A DNA stretch of 64,000 nt from a virus (IMGVR_UViG_3300047321_000298:64001-128000), one strand, 5' to 3'. Positions 33,395 through 43,734 are shown, counted from the first letter of the stretch. Translations and numbers: made by a program. Notes: generated from the letters alone by a model not told the origin.

Positions 33395-33829
33395 CTACCT
33401 GTCGTAGTATTGTTCTAGCGTCAGCCCGAAATATTTGCTATCTGATTCGAACCGCGAACCAACGATCACGTAGCTACCGCAAGTTTCGTCCACCGTATCA
33501 GACGAGTCGTCAAGAATCGCATCGGTCTGGAACGCGCGTAGCTTTTCAACGAACGCGCGCCAGTAGGTTTCGTGCGGATAGCCGTCGCTCGAACGCAATA
33601 TCTCGTCGCTGAGGTTGAGCACGCGGTTGCCATCGTTATCAGTATCGAGAACAAGAGACCATTTATTCAGGAACACGATTTCTTTGCGGGTATGACTCAC
33701 CGCGTAGTAGAGAACACCCATGAATTTCTCCGGTTGAGTCGGGAGAGTGCAGGAATCGAACGCTGCATCTTTTGCCCAGGCGTAGGCAACTGTAAAGGCC
33801 ACTCCACTACCTCTCCCCAAGTCAGGCAA
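33395..33829 (-). CDS. hypothetical protein
   Basis: ORF; true start probably internal (MGVLYY). Confidence 0.55.
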   Translation of the reverse strand: MPDLGRGSGVAFTVAYAWAKDAAFDSCTLPTQPEKFMGVLYYAVSHTRKEIVFLNKWSLVLDTDNDGNRVLNLSDEILRSSDGYPHETYWRAFVEKLRAFQTDAILDDSSDTVDETCGSYVIVGSRFESDSKYFGLTLEQYYDR

Positions 33830-33944
33830 CGCACCGCTTTGAATCCATGGTAGCGAACGGCTTGCGCCGCACGATATGCGACCCGTGGTTTATCAAAAAG
33901 GTTAAGAAAGTAACGGTGCGCTGTTCATTCCTGACAATTCGTAT

Positions 33945-34334
33945 TTACTGGAGCCCAGCGGATTTCTCTGAAACTATTTGCAGATTGGCGTCGCTTGCCC
34001 CCGCAAGATACCGGCGAGAGACGAGGCTGACCGGGTTGGTAAGTGACGGCGTAATGATCACCACCCAAAATGATTTCGTGAGTTTCAGCGTGTCCAATAA
34101 CTCGAAATTGCCCTTGCCGTCATATTTGCGATCACGCTCGTAGGAGGCGATCATCCCGGTACTAAGGTTGTGGATTTTCAAATCGGGATGTTTCTCCTGA
34201 TAAGCAGCACACAGTGCGCCAATCTCGGAGTCAGCGCGTTCCGCCGATTCCCTATCCACAGCGCGCAGAACAATCGCTTCGAACCCTTCCTTGAACTCCA
34301 GGTGTCCTAGCATAAACTCACGGTTCGCTGACAT
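33945..34334 (-). CDS. hypothetical protein
   Basis: 129 aa, coupled to upstream gene. Confidence 0.65.
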   Translation of the reverse strand: MSANREFMLGHLEFKEGFEAIVLRAVDRESAERADSEIGALCAAYQEKHPDLKIHNLSTGMIASYERDRKYDGKGNFELLDTLKLTKSFWVVIITPSLTNPVSLVSRRYLAGASDANLQIVSEKSAGLQ

Positions 34335-34870
34335 CAGATCGTGCCCTCGGATTCGACGGCCGATGCGCGACGCGATTTCACGTCTGCCTCGAACTCAGCG
34401 AGTTGCAGATAGTTCTGCGGACCGCGCACGGGGAACCGGCCGATTTCGATTCCGTTGTCGGACATGTACAGCACGTCCTCTGTCCGGTTGTGCCACCACT
34501 GGTAGAGGTGCGTTTCGCGCGGAATTACCCCACCGTCTGCTGACTTGCCTTCTTCGTCCTGTGCGAACGAAAGTTGGTAGCGAAGAGCCACGTCTACGCC
34601 ACGAAGGTCGTAGCCCTGCTGGAACCCTTCCAGCAAAACCAGATCGCGCATATGCTCTTCGATCCAGTGAATCGGGTTCGAGCCCTTGAAGTGAAGCGAG
34701 CGCGCTTCGAGTTCGGACAGCGGGTAATGACGGAAGACTTTGAACTGCGCATCCTGTGCGCTCGGTGCCTCGCCGTGGAACGGCAGGCGGAAGCATGTGC
34801 CTTTTGCGTACACGTTCAGGCGGTTGTTCTCGAAGCTGAGGGAGAGGTTGATGGTGAGGCTGTTGTTCAT
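34334..34870 (-). CDS. hypothetical protein
   Basis: 178 aa, ATGA-coupled. Confidence 0.65.
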   Translation of the reverse strand: MNNSLTINLSLSFENNRLNVYAKGTCFRLPFHGEAPSAQDAQFKVFRHYPLSELEARSLHFKGSNPIHWIEEHMRDLVLLEGFQQGYDLRGVDVALRYQLSFAQDEEGKSADGGVIPRETHLYQWWHNRTEDVLYMSDNGIEIGRFPVRGPQNYLQLAEFEADVKSRRASAVESEGTI

Positions 34871-35232
34871 TTCTTTTCCTTCGGTGGTGGTAACTGGATA
34901 CCTTTACTTTCGACCTGGTTGAATTCCGTCTTGCCTAGCACACCCGCATAATCCTCAACGTCTTCAACCTGCTGATGTGTGAACGCCAAAATCTCCACGT
35001 GACGCCAAGCGCTCTGTATCTGATGGATGGGTGCCGTCTCCATCAGCGAAAATGACATTTGCAGGAAATTCCGGAGCTTCGCTAGGTCCTCAATCGAGAC
35101 CGTGCCCTTTTCGATGTCGCGCATCACGCGCATCACGTTGGTCCGGTAAGTCTTGATGTAGGTGGCGTGATTGACGATCTGGCCGTTCTCGGCTTGACTC
35201 AACTTCTTTTGTGACTTCTTCGCTGCTGTCAT
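34867..35232 (-). CDS. hypothetical protein
   Basis: start moved to MTAAKK (35232). Confidence 0.65.
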   Translation of the reverse strand: MTAAKKSQKKLSQAENGQIVNHATYIKTYRTNVMRVMRDIEKGTVSIEDLAKLRNFLQMSFSLMETAPIHQIQSAWRHVEILAFTHQQVEDVEDYAGVLGKTEFNQVESKGIQLPPPKEKK

Positions 35233-35242
35233 TGTCAGGCTC

Positions 35243-35542
35243 TTAGCTCGTGCTCTTAAACGGCGTAACGACAGCGGCATAGCCCGACACGAACTCACCG
35301 TACTGTTCGTACGTCATGGGCAGTCGGGTCTGGACTCGCGACGCGGTGTTTTCGATCACGACAATCACACCTCTGGCAATCGGATCGACCCCGGCGTCAG
35401 CGTCTTCTCGCCAGATTTTCAGACGCGCTGGCTTCGAAGGCTCCACGTGCTTCGGTTTAACCTTCTTGCCTGTTTGCAATTTTTCGTTGGTTTGTTCCCG
35501 GATGATCGCGGGAAGCAGGGGAGACTTCGAGCCCGTTCTCAT
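35243..35542 (-). CDS. hypothetical protein
   Basis: TAATG-coupled, 99 aa. Confidence 0.65.
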   Translation of the reverse strand: MRTGSKSPLLPAIIREQTNEKLQTGKKVKPKHVEPSKPARLKIWREDADAGVDPIARGVIVVIENTASRVQTRLPMTYEQYGEFVSGYAAVVTPFKSTS

Positions 35543-36336
35543 TACTGACCTTCGACTTGCGGTGCGTTCTCTACGGCGGTCTCTTCAGGCTGCACGTACT
35601 CTTCGACATCAACCGTGTGGACAGGCGGCACCGACAGGTAGTTGACGTACACATCTGACAGTGCGCGCCAGACTTTGCCGTCCGTCGAATCAACGAAATG
35701 GAACACATCGCCCTCGTTGAGTTCGGTGAAGATCACTGGTTCACGCGGCGCACCGTCTTCGACGTGCTTAATGATCCACTGGACCGGATCAGACACGGCA
35801 GGGAGCTTCGAGCGCAGCGATTTAACCAGACTCAGGAAGAGGGCGCTCTTCGTTTGCTGATCGGCGGGCAAATCTGCGAAGGGCACCAAATCCGGATGCT
35901 CCTTCAGTTCGGCGTTTTCTTCAGGGCCGTATTTCCAACCGTCCTTGATGAGAGCCTCCAGCCAGGTCTGGTGATTTTGCTCCGGAGTCGGATCGTAGCG
36001 GAGCGCCGAAATCACAGCGCGGATCACGTCGCTGCGGACTTCAATCGATGATCCATGCCAGTGTGCCGAGTGCTCGCCAAGGGCGTTGCTGTAGTCGGCA
36101 GTCGTGTCGAAGGCGATGCGCGCGATGTCTTCCACGCTGAACAGCGGGTAGACGTAGACACCCGAAATTTGTGCCGCGTCTTCGATCTGAATGTTGTGAA
36201 TCGTCACGTCCGAAGGCGTCACGAAAATCGAATCTTTCTGATCGTTGTGGACCAGTGCCGCGATCTGCTCACCGACCTTTTGTTGTTGAGCAGGGGCCAT
36301 CGACGCGGGCACCTGGATGTGGATGATACGTTTCAT
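35542..36336 (-). CDS. RyR-domain-containing protein
   Basis: HQTW....DGWKYG....LKEHPDLVPFADLP..QQTK matches the ryanodine-receptor repeat motif. Confidence 0.75.
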   Translation of the reverse strand: MKRIIHIQVPASMAPAQQQKVGEQIAALVHNDQKDSIFVTPSDVTIHNIQIEDAAQISGVYVYPLFSVEDIARIAFDTTADYSNALGEHSAHWHGSSIEVRSDVIRAVISALRYDPTPEQNHQTWLEALIKDGWKYGPEENAELKEHPDLVPFADLPADQQTKSALFLSLVKSLRSKLPAVSDPVQWIIKHVEDGAPREPVIFTELNEGDVFHFVDSTDGKVWRALSDVYVNYLSVPPVHTVDVEEYVQPEETAVENAPQVEGQ

Positions 36337-36369
36337 TCAATTCTCCAATAGATAAGTGTGTTCCACTTT

Positions 36370-38544
36370 TTATTTACTAGAGGTGTTGTAGTACGCCTGA
36401 AAGTGCGCGTCGAGTGTTGAGCGTTCAACCTTCCATTGCGTCTTGATCGCTTCGAAGTCTGCTTCGAGTTTTGGCACCCGTTCAGAGTTTTCGCGGCGTG
36501 CCCGGGCAAGTGCTGCGCTCAGGGATTTGTACTTGCGATAGATTTCCGAGTGCTGCTTGTAATACGCGTCGCGCGCCATATTGCGGGCGCGCACATCTAC
36601 GCGATCCTTGTACGCGCGTTCCTTGATTCGAACTGACGGCCGCTCTCTACGTTTGCGCTGTCGAGCCTTCGCATCTTCATCAACCAGGTGGTACGTCACG
36701 TCCTTCAGCGGAATTCCGAAGTGTGAGGGTGGGACTAATTTCGGTAGCATCCCAAGCTGTGCACGCACCTTCATCGCGAGCTTCTTCTCTGTCACGATCA
36801 ACAGAGGTTCGACCGTTGACCGCGTATCCCGAATTGCGCAACGCGTGAGCGACTGTATGCACTGATCGAGCGTGTGATCTAGGTCCGCGTTATATAGCGG
36901 GCAGAGTTGCGCGAACAATTCCTTCACTTCAGGTGCCGCGTTCAGCGTCGCAAGAAATGCGATTGTCGGATGCCTCAGAAATCTGTTGAGCCCGTGGCTT
37001 TGCATCGGAAGCTCACGAACCTTCGCTCCGAACATCGGTTTAATCTCTGTCGCGAAATATCGCATCTCACGATTCTGGATGCCGCGATCACCAACGTTCA
37101 CGGTGACCGGTACAGGCAGAATCTCGTAGCCCTTTTCGCGCTGCCATTTGCGACTCATGTAGGAAGCGCATCGCACGTACCACTGGAGCGGAGTGTTGTC
37201 GCCCACGAGCCCGGGAAGCTTGCGCAGATGCTTTACGATCTGTTTGTCGATTGGCTGCGGGTCGGGAAATCCGGATTCAACGTAGCGCGATGCGACGCGC
37301 AGGGGCAGAAGCTTTCCGCCAGTCTCGGTCTTGCGTTCGAGCACCAACTGACGATACGTAGAGAAGAAATCGGACAGATCGAAATCAGACTTCGGGCTGA
37401 ACACAGAACTGTCGATCATCACGCCGGACTTCAAATGGTTCTGCGCAAACTCAGAATACGTACTCACGTAGGTAATCGAAGTCTTCGCGTAGCGGGCCAT
37501 CACTTTCTGTACACGCTTCGGGTTGACGATTTCGTCCGTCGCGTTCTTCAGCATGATGTACGAGTGATCACCCTCGAACGTGGCACGCGCTAAACGTTGA
37601 CGAAATTCCTTCGCGCTTTCGTCTGAGCTTCTGCTCGATACATCGCGCGTGCGTAGAAGGTGATACATCTGCGAGTTCTCGAAGAACGCAGAGAGCAGCG
37701 TGCACTCTTTCCAACCGAAGAAAATCTGGTACGGGACCAACAGCACCTGCATGCGTATGGTCATCAACTCGTCGTCATCCTCTTCATCGTCACGAATCGA
37801 AATTTTTCCGTACAGGTGAACCGACTCGTCGTCCACTGTCTGAAGAAGGTTGAGCAGACGTTCGCGCAGTTTCCGCAAACCCTTGTTGTCACCGAACAGA
37901 GCATCGAATTCTGCGGTGTCCAGTTTCTTGCGCGGCCGAAGTCTTGAATACGATTCGGGGGTTGAGGGAGTGAAGTCCAGGAAGCGTGTGTTGATCGCGT
38001 TCGCCAGAGAGAAGGGCATCTTGAAATCGTACTTCGACACGTTGCACTTGCGCGCCTCATCAAAGATCACGGAAATTTCGGCACGTCTCTCGAATTTCGG
38101 ATTGCCGTCCTGATCGTAACCATGGGGCAGGTTCGATACGAACGTAGCGTGCGTGATCAGGAACACTGAACCGCTCTTCATCTGCTGTGTTGGCAATCCG
38201 TACTGATCCGATGTTCCGTCGAGAGCCGTCCGAATCTGATTTCCTGTTCGATCACCCGTTCCCGACAGGATCAGCTTCACCTGATTTTTCATCTGCTGAG
38301 GTGTTAGCTCGCGTTCGAGGACCGTATGAACTTCGCGCAATAACTGGTGAGTGGGTGCAACGTAAAACGTGATTCCTGATTTTCCTTGTACGCGTTGAAT
38401 CAGTTGTTTGATCGCCCAGAGAGTCTTGCCTGTGCCTGGGAGGACGGATGCGTACCGGACAACGGACGCCCGCTGTTGCAAAAGTTTGAGGTCGGAAGCC
38501 ATGAATCGAGGTGCCTGATAGAAGCGTAAATACGGCGTTAGCAT
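36370..38544 (-). CDS. SF2-like helicase / putative origin-binding protein
   Basis: PGTGKT Walker A, YVAPTHQL, LITHATF, IFDEA Walker B, QSHGLN, QSLTRCAIRD; basic C-terminus. Confidence 0.7.
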   Translation of the reverse strand: MLTPYLRFYQAPRFMASDLKLLQQRASVVRYASVLPGTGKTLWAIKQLIQRVQGKSGITFYVAPTHQLLREVHTVLERELTPQQMKNQVKLILSGTGDRTGNQIRTALDGTSDQYGLPTQQMKSGSVFLITHATFVSNLPHGYDQDGNPKFERRAEISVIFDEARKCNVSKYDFKMPFSLANAINTRFLDFTPSTPESYSRLRPRKKLDTAEFDALFGDNKGLRKLRERLLNLLQTVDDESVHLYGKISIRDDEEDDDELMTIRMQVLLVPYQIFFGWKECTLLSAFFENSQMYHLLRTRDVSSRSSDESAKEFRQRLARATFEGDHSYIMLKNATDEIVNPKRVQKVMARYAKTSITYVSTYSEFAQNHLKSGVMIDSSVFSPKSDFDLSDFFSTYRQLVLERKTETGGKLLPLRVASRYVESGFPDPQPIDKQIVKHLRKLPGLVGDNTPLQWYVRCASYMSRKWQREKGYEILPVPVTVNVGDRGIQNREMRYFATEIKPMFGAKVRELPMQSHGLNRFLRHPTIAFLATLNAAPEVKELFAQLCPLYNADLDHTLDQCIQSLTRCAIRDTRSTVEPLLIVTEKKLAMKVRAQLGMLPKLVPPSHFGIPLKDVTYHLVDEDAKARQRKRRERPSVRIKERAYKDRVDVRARNMARDAYYKQHSEIYRKYKSLSAALARARRENSERVPKLEADFEAIKTQWKVERSTLDAHFQAYYNTSSK

Positions 38545-38559
38545 GATGCCTACACTTTC

Positions 38560-38567
38560 TATTTACT
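38560..38567 (-). promoter_or_regulatory. AGTAAATA phage promoter motif
   Basis: AGTAAATA-GAA-AGTG, 15 nt before the helicase ATG. Confidence 0.7.
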
Positions 38568-38569
38568 GC

Positions 38570-39010
38570 TCGAATGTTAGAAGCGTCACGGTGGACTTTA
38601 TATATACAAACGAATCTAACATCGTGCTACGCACAACCTTCAGAAAGTGTTTGAGGTCATGAACGCGTGATAGTCCCTAGATCGAGCAAAGAGCAAAGAG
38701 AATTCGAACCGCAGGAGCGAAGCGACGCGGAATGAGGTGGAGCGGAGCGAACACCTCTCATCGAGGAAGCAGGGACCTTTCTTGCTTTCTGGATTCGATG
38801 AGAAAGTGTGCAACTGAGCACTTCGGCGCATGCGCGCCTTCGCGCTCTATTCCGTGCACAGAGTCAACGCTCCGCGTTTGTGAATTCCTCTTTCCCTTTT
38901 CTCTCCGATCCCCTGTTGACCCACGACGCGTCAGGAATCGAAGGGCACGTCAGGAGCTTCGCTAACGCCGTTTTCACGCTTCTACCCGCGCTCTCGTATA
39001 TGTATTACGC
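38570..39010. other. non-coding strand-switch region, candidate replication origin
   Basis: no credible ORF; divergent promoter motifs at both ends; GAGCAAA x2, GAGCGAAGCGA, GGAGCGGAGCGA and purine/pyrimidine tracts. Confidence 0.4.
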
Positions 39011-39013
39011 GCG

Positions 39014-39021
39014 AGTAAATA
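39014..39021 (+). promoter_or_regulatory. AGTAAATA phage promoter motif
   Basis: first plus-strand copy, upstream of 39070. Confidence 0.65.
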
Positions 39022-39069
39022 AAAGGATGAGAAGGTCCGTCTTCATCATTCATCTTTATAGGTACGCAA

Positions 39070-39900
39070 ATGAATCACGTATTGAAATACATACACGGCG
39101 TTGACACGCTGGAGTACGAAATCCCCTGTCCCGGTATGTACTGGGCGGATCGCACTACTCACCTGATGGTCAGGGTCGTGAAGTTCGAGGAAGCATCGCA
39201 AGATATGTTTCCGAAGTCTGCCGTTCACCTCGAAATTGTTCGTTCTCGCGTTCCGTTTTCGCTCACGGTTGAGGAATTGCGGAAGAATTACGTCCGTATT
39301 TCGACGCCCCCGTCAGAGAAGCCCTTTGCGTGGCTCCGGAAATTCTTCGAAAAGCGCCGGACCCTTTCCATCCGTGACCTCGAACGGACCCCGCAAGACA
39401 AGTTGGAGCATCTGTACGTAATGAACGGGTTGACTGTTGAATCGTTTATGAAGCATCGCACGTTCACCAAGATTCCGTTCCCGATTCCGAAACAGATCAT
39501 TCCGATACGGAAGCCCGAAGCTGGAGCCCGCTTCCTGTCGCTCTCAGTGTGGGAGTCATGGGCACCAGTTGATCTGCTAGAGCAGTACGACCCATCCACA
39601 ATTCTCGCCTCGAAAGAATTCCGGGATGCTGTCGCGGTCGGTAGCTTGTACGTACTTTCCGAGAAATACGCGAAGCGCTTGCTATCTAAGCAAGAGACGC
39701 AGGCAGAGATTGAGCGCCTGGCCCAAATGCAGCAATTCATCGCGAACTTCCAGCCGTCCTTTCGCGCCGTGGCTAACGGCCCGACCGACAACCAACCGGC
39801 GCACTATGCGGACCTCGAAGCGGACCACAACACCTCCGGTCCCAACACTTTGTCGAAGAACGTCGAAATCATGGGCGATTTCGGCCGTCATCTGTCCTGA
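39070..39900 (+). CDS. hypothetical protein, C-terminal domain paralogous to 42461-43168
   Basis: SWAPVDL...ASKEFRDAVAVGSLYVLSEKYAKRL. Confidence 0.7.
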   Translation: MNHVLKYIHGVDTLEYEIPCPGMYWADRTTHLMVRVVKFEEASQDMFPKSAVHLEIVRSRVPFSLTVEELRKNYVRISTPPSEKPFAWLRKFFEKRRTLSIRDLERTPQDKLEHLYVMNGLTVESFMKHRTFTKIPFPIPKQIIPIRKPEAGARFLSLSVWESWAPVDLLEQYDPSTILASKEFRDAVAVGSLYVLSEKYAKRLLSKQETQAEIERLAQMQQFIANFQPSFRAVANGPTDNQPAHYADLEADHNTSGPNTLSKNVEIMGDFGRHLS

Positions 39901-39921
39901 CGCAGCAAGTAAATAAAAGTC

Positions 39922-40998
39922 GTGGGACGCGCGGCGCGTCCTTTGACTGATACAAGGGTGAAACAGATGCAGGCAATCGGGATCGGGGATTTGCACTTAA
40001 CGGATATTGCGGGCACCGGAGGTCTGGCGAAATACATCGAGCAGCCAGACCTGATGGTTTGCAACGAAGTGCGGAACGTTTTGAAGTATGCAGAGAATCA
40101 TGGGATCACGGAAATCTTTCAGTACGGCGATGTTTGCCAGAATCCGCGCATGTCGTACGAAGCGATGCTCTCCCTGTTTGATCTGCTCACAGAGAACACG
40201 CAGTTCAACTTCCACATCATCGTAGGCAATCACGACATGTACGGGGAGACACCGCAAACCGGTCACTCTCTCCAGGTCCTGCAAAAGATGTTGATGGGCT
40301 ATGACCACGTACGAATCTACACCAAGCCTCGCACAATCAAATACGGGAAGGGTAGGGACGTTGGGGTTCGGTTTCTTCCGTATCCGTCCGAAGACTTCGA
40401 CACGTCTGCGCTCAACATCTTCCACAAGGAAGTGTACGGCTGCTCGAACGATGCGGGGCGCGTCCATAAGGATGACGGCCTTTCGAAGTCGAAAGCAGTC
40501 ACGTGTGCCGGACACATCCACACTGCGCACCGGGTGCGAAATACATATTACTCAGGCACGTTGTACCAGACGAACTTCGGTGAGCGTCTGCCCAAGTATT
40601 TTCACCACATCGAATTTAACAGCGCCAAGGATTACGAAATCCAGTTGATCGAGCACGCGCCGAAATTCAAGCTCCACAACGTCGTGTTGCAGACGCGCGA
40701 TGACCTTGCGCTGATCCCGAAATCGGAATTCGATCTGGTGAAGCTGGTGATCCAGGATGGCTGCGATGTGTCCGGCTCCGACTATGCGCACATGCAAAAC
40801 GTCGTTGAGCACAAGAACTTCAAGACGAAAGATGAACTGAAGGCCGTCCTTCTCGAAGACCTGACCGAAGGCAAGGAACTGAAGATCAAGACCGAAGAGT
40901 TCTTTCAGTCATGGGTGGAGTCTCTGGACGTTGAACCAGCAATGCGCGAGCGCGTTGTATCTGTGCGTGAACGTGTTCTTACCAAGGTGAAGTCATGA
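39922..40998 (+). CDS. Mre11/SbcD-like recombination nuclease (metallophosphoesterase)
   Basis: GDLH, GDV, GNHD, GHIH motifs; start probably 39958 or 39967. Confidence 0.88.
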   Translation: MGRAARPLTDTRVKQMQAIGIGDLHLTDIAGTGGLAKYIEQPDLMVCNEVRNVLKYAENHGITEIFQYGDVCQNPRMSYEAMLSLFDLLTENTQFNFHIIVGNHDMYGETPQTGHSLQVLQKMLMGYDHVRIYTKPRTIKYGKGRDVGVRFLPYPSEDFDTSALNIFHKEVYGCSNDAGRVHKDDGLSKSKAVTCAGHIHTAHRVRNTYYSGTLYQTNFGERLPKYFHHIEFNSAKDYEIQLIEHAPKFKLHNVVLQTRDDLALIPKSEFDLVKLVIQDGCDVSGSDYAHMQNVVEHKNFKTKDELKAVLLEDLTEGKELKIKTEEFFQSWVESLDVEPAMRERVVSVRERVLTKVKS

Positions 40999-41405
40999 GT
41001 CCGCTTCCGAAATCCCTTATGTTCCAGCAGCGGTCGCAATCATTCCTGTTACTCCACACCAACCCGGCTGACGCGCAGCCGCTAGCGGTTTCTTCTGTGC
41101 AGCACGCGCATGACCTGAATGTGTTCGGGGGGTTGAATGCGAAGGCCAATGAGTTCGCTTTTCTCTATCACTATCTCTTCGAATACATGGGTCCGATGAT
41201 TGTATGTGGTGTGGACAACGTAGGTCTGGCGCTCGATAGGTTCGGAGACACGATCAACGATTTCATCGCCATCAGCCAGTTGAGTGACGACCAGATTATC
41301 AATTGCGTTGCAGCGCTGGATAAAAGAAGAACAGGTGTTTTGCACCTGCTTCACCAGAAGCCCCCGGCCGCACCGCTCGTTGAATACCGGGAACTTAATC
41401 TATGA
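40995..41405 (+). CDS. hypothetical protein
   Basis: ATGA-coupled, 136 aa. Confidence 0.65.
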   Translation: MSPLPKSLMFQQRSQSFLLLHTNPADAQPLAVSSVQHAHDLNVFGGLNAKANEFAFLYHYLFEYMGPMIVCGVDNVGLALDRFGDTINDFIAISQLSDDQIINCVAALDKRRTGVLHLLHQKPPAAPLVEYRELNL

Positions 41406-42049
41406 GACAGGATGAAGTGCAACTAGACGTGCTGCAGATGAACTTGCGTCTGCGGCACTCGTATTACTGGTACCTGGGCCAGCACATAGGTCTGACCGCA
41501 GGGGGTCCTGATCACATGCCTCCGAACCTGGACAGGGCAGATCAGGATAGCTGGATCGGGGGCTACCGGGAAGGACTGAAACAACGTGAAGATCAAAAGA
41601 ACGGGAACCGAGCAAAGATGAAACACATGATTGGCGTAGCCGCCGTGCTCTTTGACGACAAGGGCTCGATACTGCTGGAGCACCGTGCCAAAGACCCCGG
41701 GTCTGGGCTGTTCGTTCTTGCGGGTGGAAAGCTGGATGAGCCCGACCCTCGCGATGGTGTATCGCGTGAAGTGAAAGAAGAGCTAGGGCTTGAGATTCAT
41801 CCATCGCGCTTCACTCCCGTGTATTCGGGATTCGACACAATGGGCGATGGAACGCCCTTGATCATGCTGTATTTCGCTGCCCGCATCGAGCGGGGAACAG
41901 AGCGGAATATGGAGCCCAACAAGTGTCACGGACTGCGTTGGTTCCGTCCTTATCTGCTGCCTACCGAAGAAATGTGGACCAATGATCGAAGCGCGATTTC
42001 CTACGCTGACACGATCTTCGATTTCCGACGCATGGGGATGTATCGATGA
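41402..42049 (+). CDS. Nudix hydrolase with N-terminal extension
   Basis: GGKLD......GVSREVKEELGL Nudix box. Confidence 0.85.
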   Translation: MRQDEVQLDVLQMNLRLRHSYYWYLGQHIGLTAGGPDHMPPNLDRADQDSWIGGYREGLKQREDQKNGNRAKMKHMIGVAAVLFDDKGSILLEHRAKDPGSGLFVLAGGKLDEPDPRDGVSREVKEELGLEIHPSRFTPVYSGFDTMGDGTPLIMLYFAARIERGTERNMEPNKCHGLRWFRPYLLPTEEMWTNDRSAISYADTIFDFRRMGMYR

Positions 42050-42324
42050 AACCTGAGCGCGGTACATGGTGTGTCGTGATTGAACAGCAGTTGATGACTG
42101 CGACATGTCCACTACCAAAAAACGGCTGCATGTGGAAACACGCAGTCAACGGACGCTGCACCTACGACCAAGAATTTGCCGAATCTCTCACTGATCCAAA
42201 GCTTGTGAAGAATCCGGTTGGAGAATTCGCGAATCACGTCGGTTTGGGTGCGCTAGACCCCGATATCGTGAAAATCATCAAGCGCTCGCTGGTTTCTGCG
42301 GTGAAAAAAGAGATCAGTACGTAA
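42046..42324 (+). CDS. Cys-rich hypothetical protein
   Basis: 92 aa, ATGA-coupled. Confidence 0.6.
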   Translation: MKPERGTWCVVIEQQLMTATCPLPKNGCMWKHAVNGRCTYDQEFAESLTDPKLVKNPVGEFANHVGLGALDPDIVKIIKRSLVSAVKKEIST

Positions 42325-42460
42325 TTACATATGCGCGAGTAAATAATAAGTAGAGGATAAGTATTCAACTCTATGAGTACGCACCACAAGATGTGCGGCT
42401 CCTTGCTCTGTCACACCCCTTCCCGAATACACAAATCCCTGGTTATTTTTGGAGTTAGCA

Positions 42461-43168
42461 ATGAAATCAATCCCACTGTCAGAACTGGACGTAAAGGACA
42501 CACGCGGCCCCATCTGGATCGTGAACACTGCAGCGCAATCAAAGTATCGCGTTACCGGCCAACTGATCATCAGCATTCCGTCGCTGAATGGCGGCAAGGA
42601 AGAAGCGCTGACTGTTCCGTATACGTGGTTGCCGATGGACGCAGCAGCGCACTTCCCGCGTGATCGCCTGCTCGTGTCCACGGAATTCCGCAAGTCAGTG
42701 ATCAACGGCTTGGTCACGATCATTTCCGCGAATGATGCAAAACGTCTGGAAGAAACGGAAGGCGCGGATGAAGAACGCGAGCGTCTGAGCGAACTGGATG
42801 AAATCGTCCGTCAGCAATCGTCAGCCCGTTCGATCAGCGACGCGAATGTGGAAATCAACGGTCAGCAGCAAGGCAAGGGCGAGGACTCGGAAACGGTTTC
42901 GATGTTCGGTTTCGATGAGACACCGTCGATTGCCAAGCAACTGGCAGGCAAGAAGAAACCGTCTGTGGACGATTCCGGCTTCACGAACCAGTTCCTGATG
43001 TTCGCGAACAAGGTCAAGGAAGACACGGACATGGGCGCGCTCAATCAAATCCGTGCGCGCTCGAAATTCACGCGCAAGGAAATCCGCTATCTGGCGGATC
43101 ACCTGAGCAACCACCCGAAGACGCAGAAGCAACTTCAGGCGCGCATCGCTGCGTTCGAAAAGGCGTAA
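42461..43168 (+). CDS. hypothetical protein, N-terminal domain paralogous to 39070-39900
   Basis: TWLPMDA...VSTEFRKSVINGLVTIISANDAKRL; GGAG RBS; AGTAAATA at 42338. Confidence 0.75.
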   Translation: MKSIPLSELDVKDTRGPIWIVNTAAQSKYRVTGQLIISIPSLNGGKEEALTVPYTWLPMDAAAHFPRDRLLVSTEFRKSVINGLVTIISANDAKRLEETEGADEERERLSELDEIVRQQSSARSISDANVEINGQQQGKGEDSETVSMFGFDETPSIAKQLAGKKKPSVDDSGFTNQFLMFANKVKEDTDMGALNQIRARSKFTRKEIRYLADHLSNHPKTQKQLQARIAAFEKA

Positions 43169-43233
43169 GCCTCCTGTTTTCTCCCAGAGGTTCATAAATA
43201 CCCAGCGGAGACTTTAACCAATGGGAGCAACCC

Positions 43234-43734
43234 GTGTCCGAGAGTCCCCAGTACGACATCATCAACAAGTCCAAGCACTACAACCAGCATCCGTCAGGTG
43301 TCGAGTGTATCGAACTGGCTGAGCGTCTGTCTTTCTGCGCTGGCAACGCGTTCAAGTATGTATTCCGGCGTGGTGAAAAGGACGACACTGTCCAAGACCT
43401 GAAAAAAGCAATTTACTACCTGAATCGCGAGCGCTATCAGATGGAGAATCTGATCCGCTGGCGGAGCAAGCAGAACGCTGACGCCATGTTCGTCAACGAC
43501 CACTTCACCCGCACTGATTATGCGAACATCGCGACGCTGCTCGAAACAGAGCCGAACAAGCTGGCGTGCGCTGTCTACTCACGAATCTTCCTGGGCGGTG
43601 TGAAGATCGACTACTACATCGAGTCGCTCGGCTACGCGGTTGGGTACGTACAGACCATGATCGAGCAAATCGAGAACGGTCTCCCCGTGATCGAGCAGCC
43701 GGAATTCGGTGAAGCCACTGCAACAGAAATCTAA
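43234..43734 (+). CDS. DUF3310-like protein
   Basis: INKSKHYNQHPSGVECIE...GNAFKY..R.GEK....DLKKAIYYL. Confidence 0.8.
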   Translation: MSESPQYDIINKSKHYNQHPSGVECIELAERLSFCAGNAFKYVFRRGEKDDTVQDLKKAIYYLNRERYQMENLIRWRSKQNADAMFVNDHFTRTDYANIATLLETEPNKLACAVYSRIFLGGVKIDYYIESLGYAVGYVQTMIEQIENGLPVIEQPEFGEATATEI

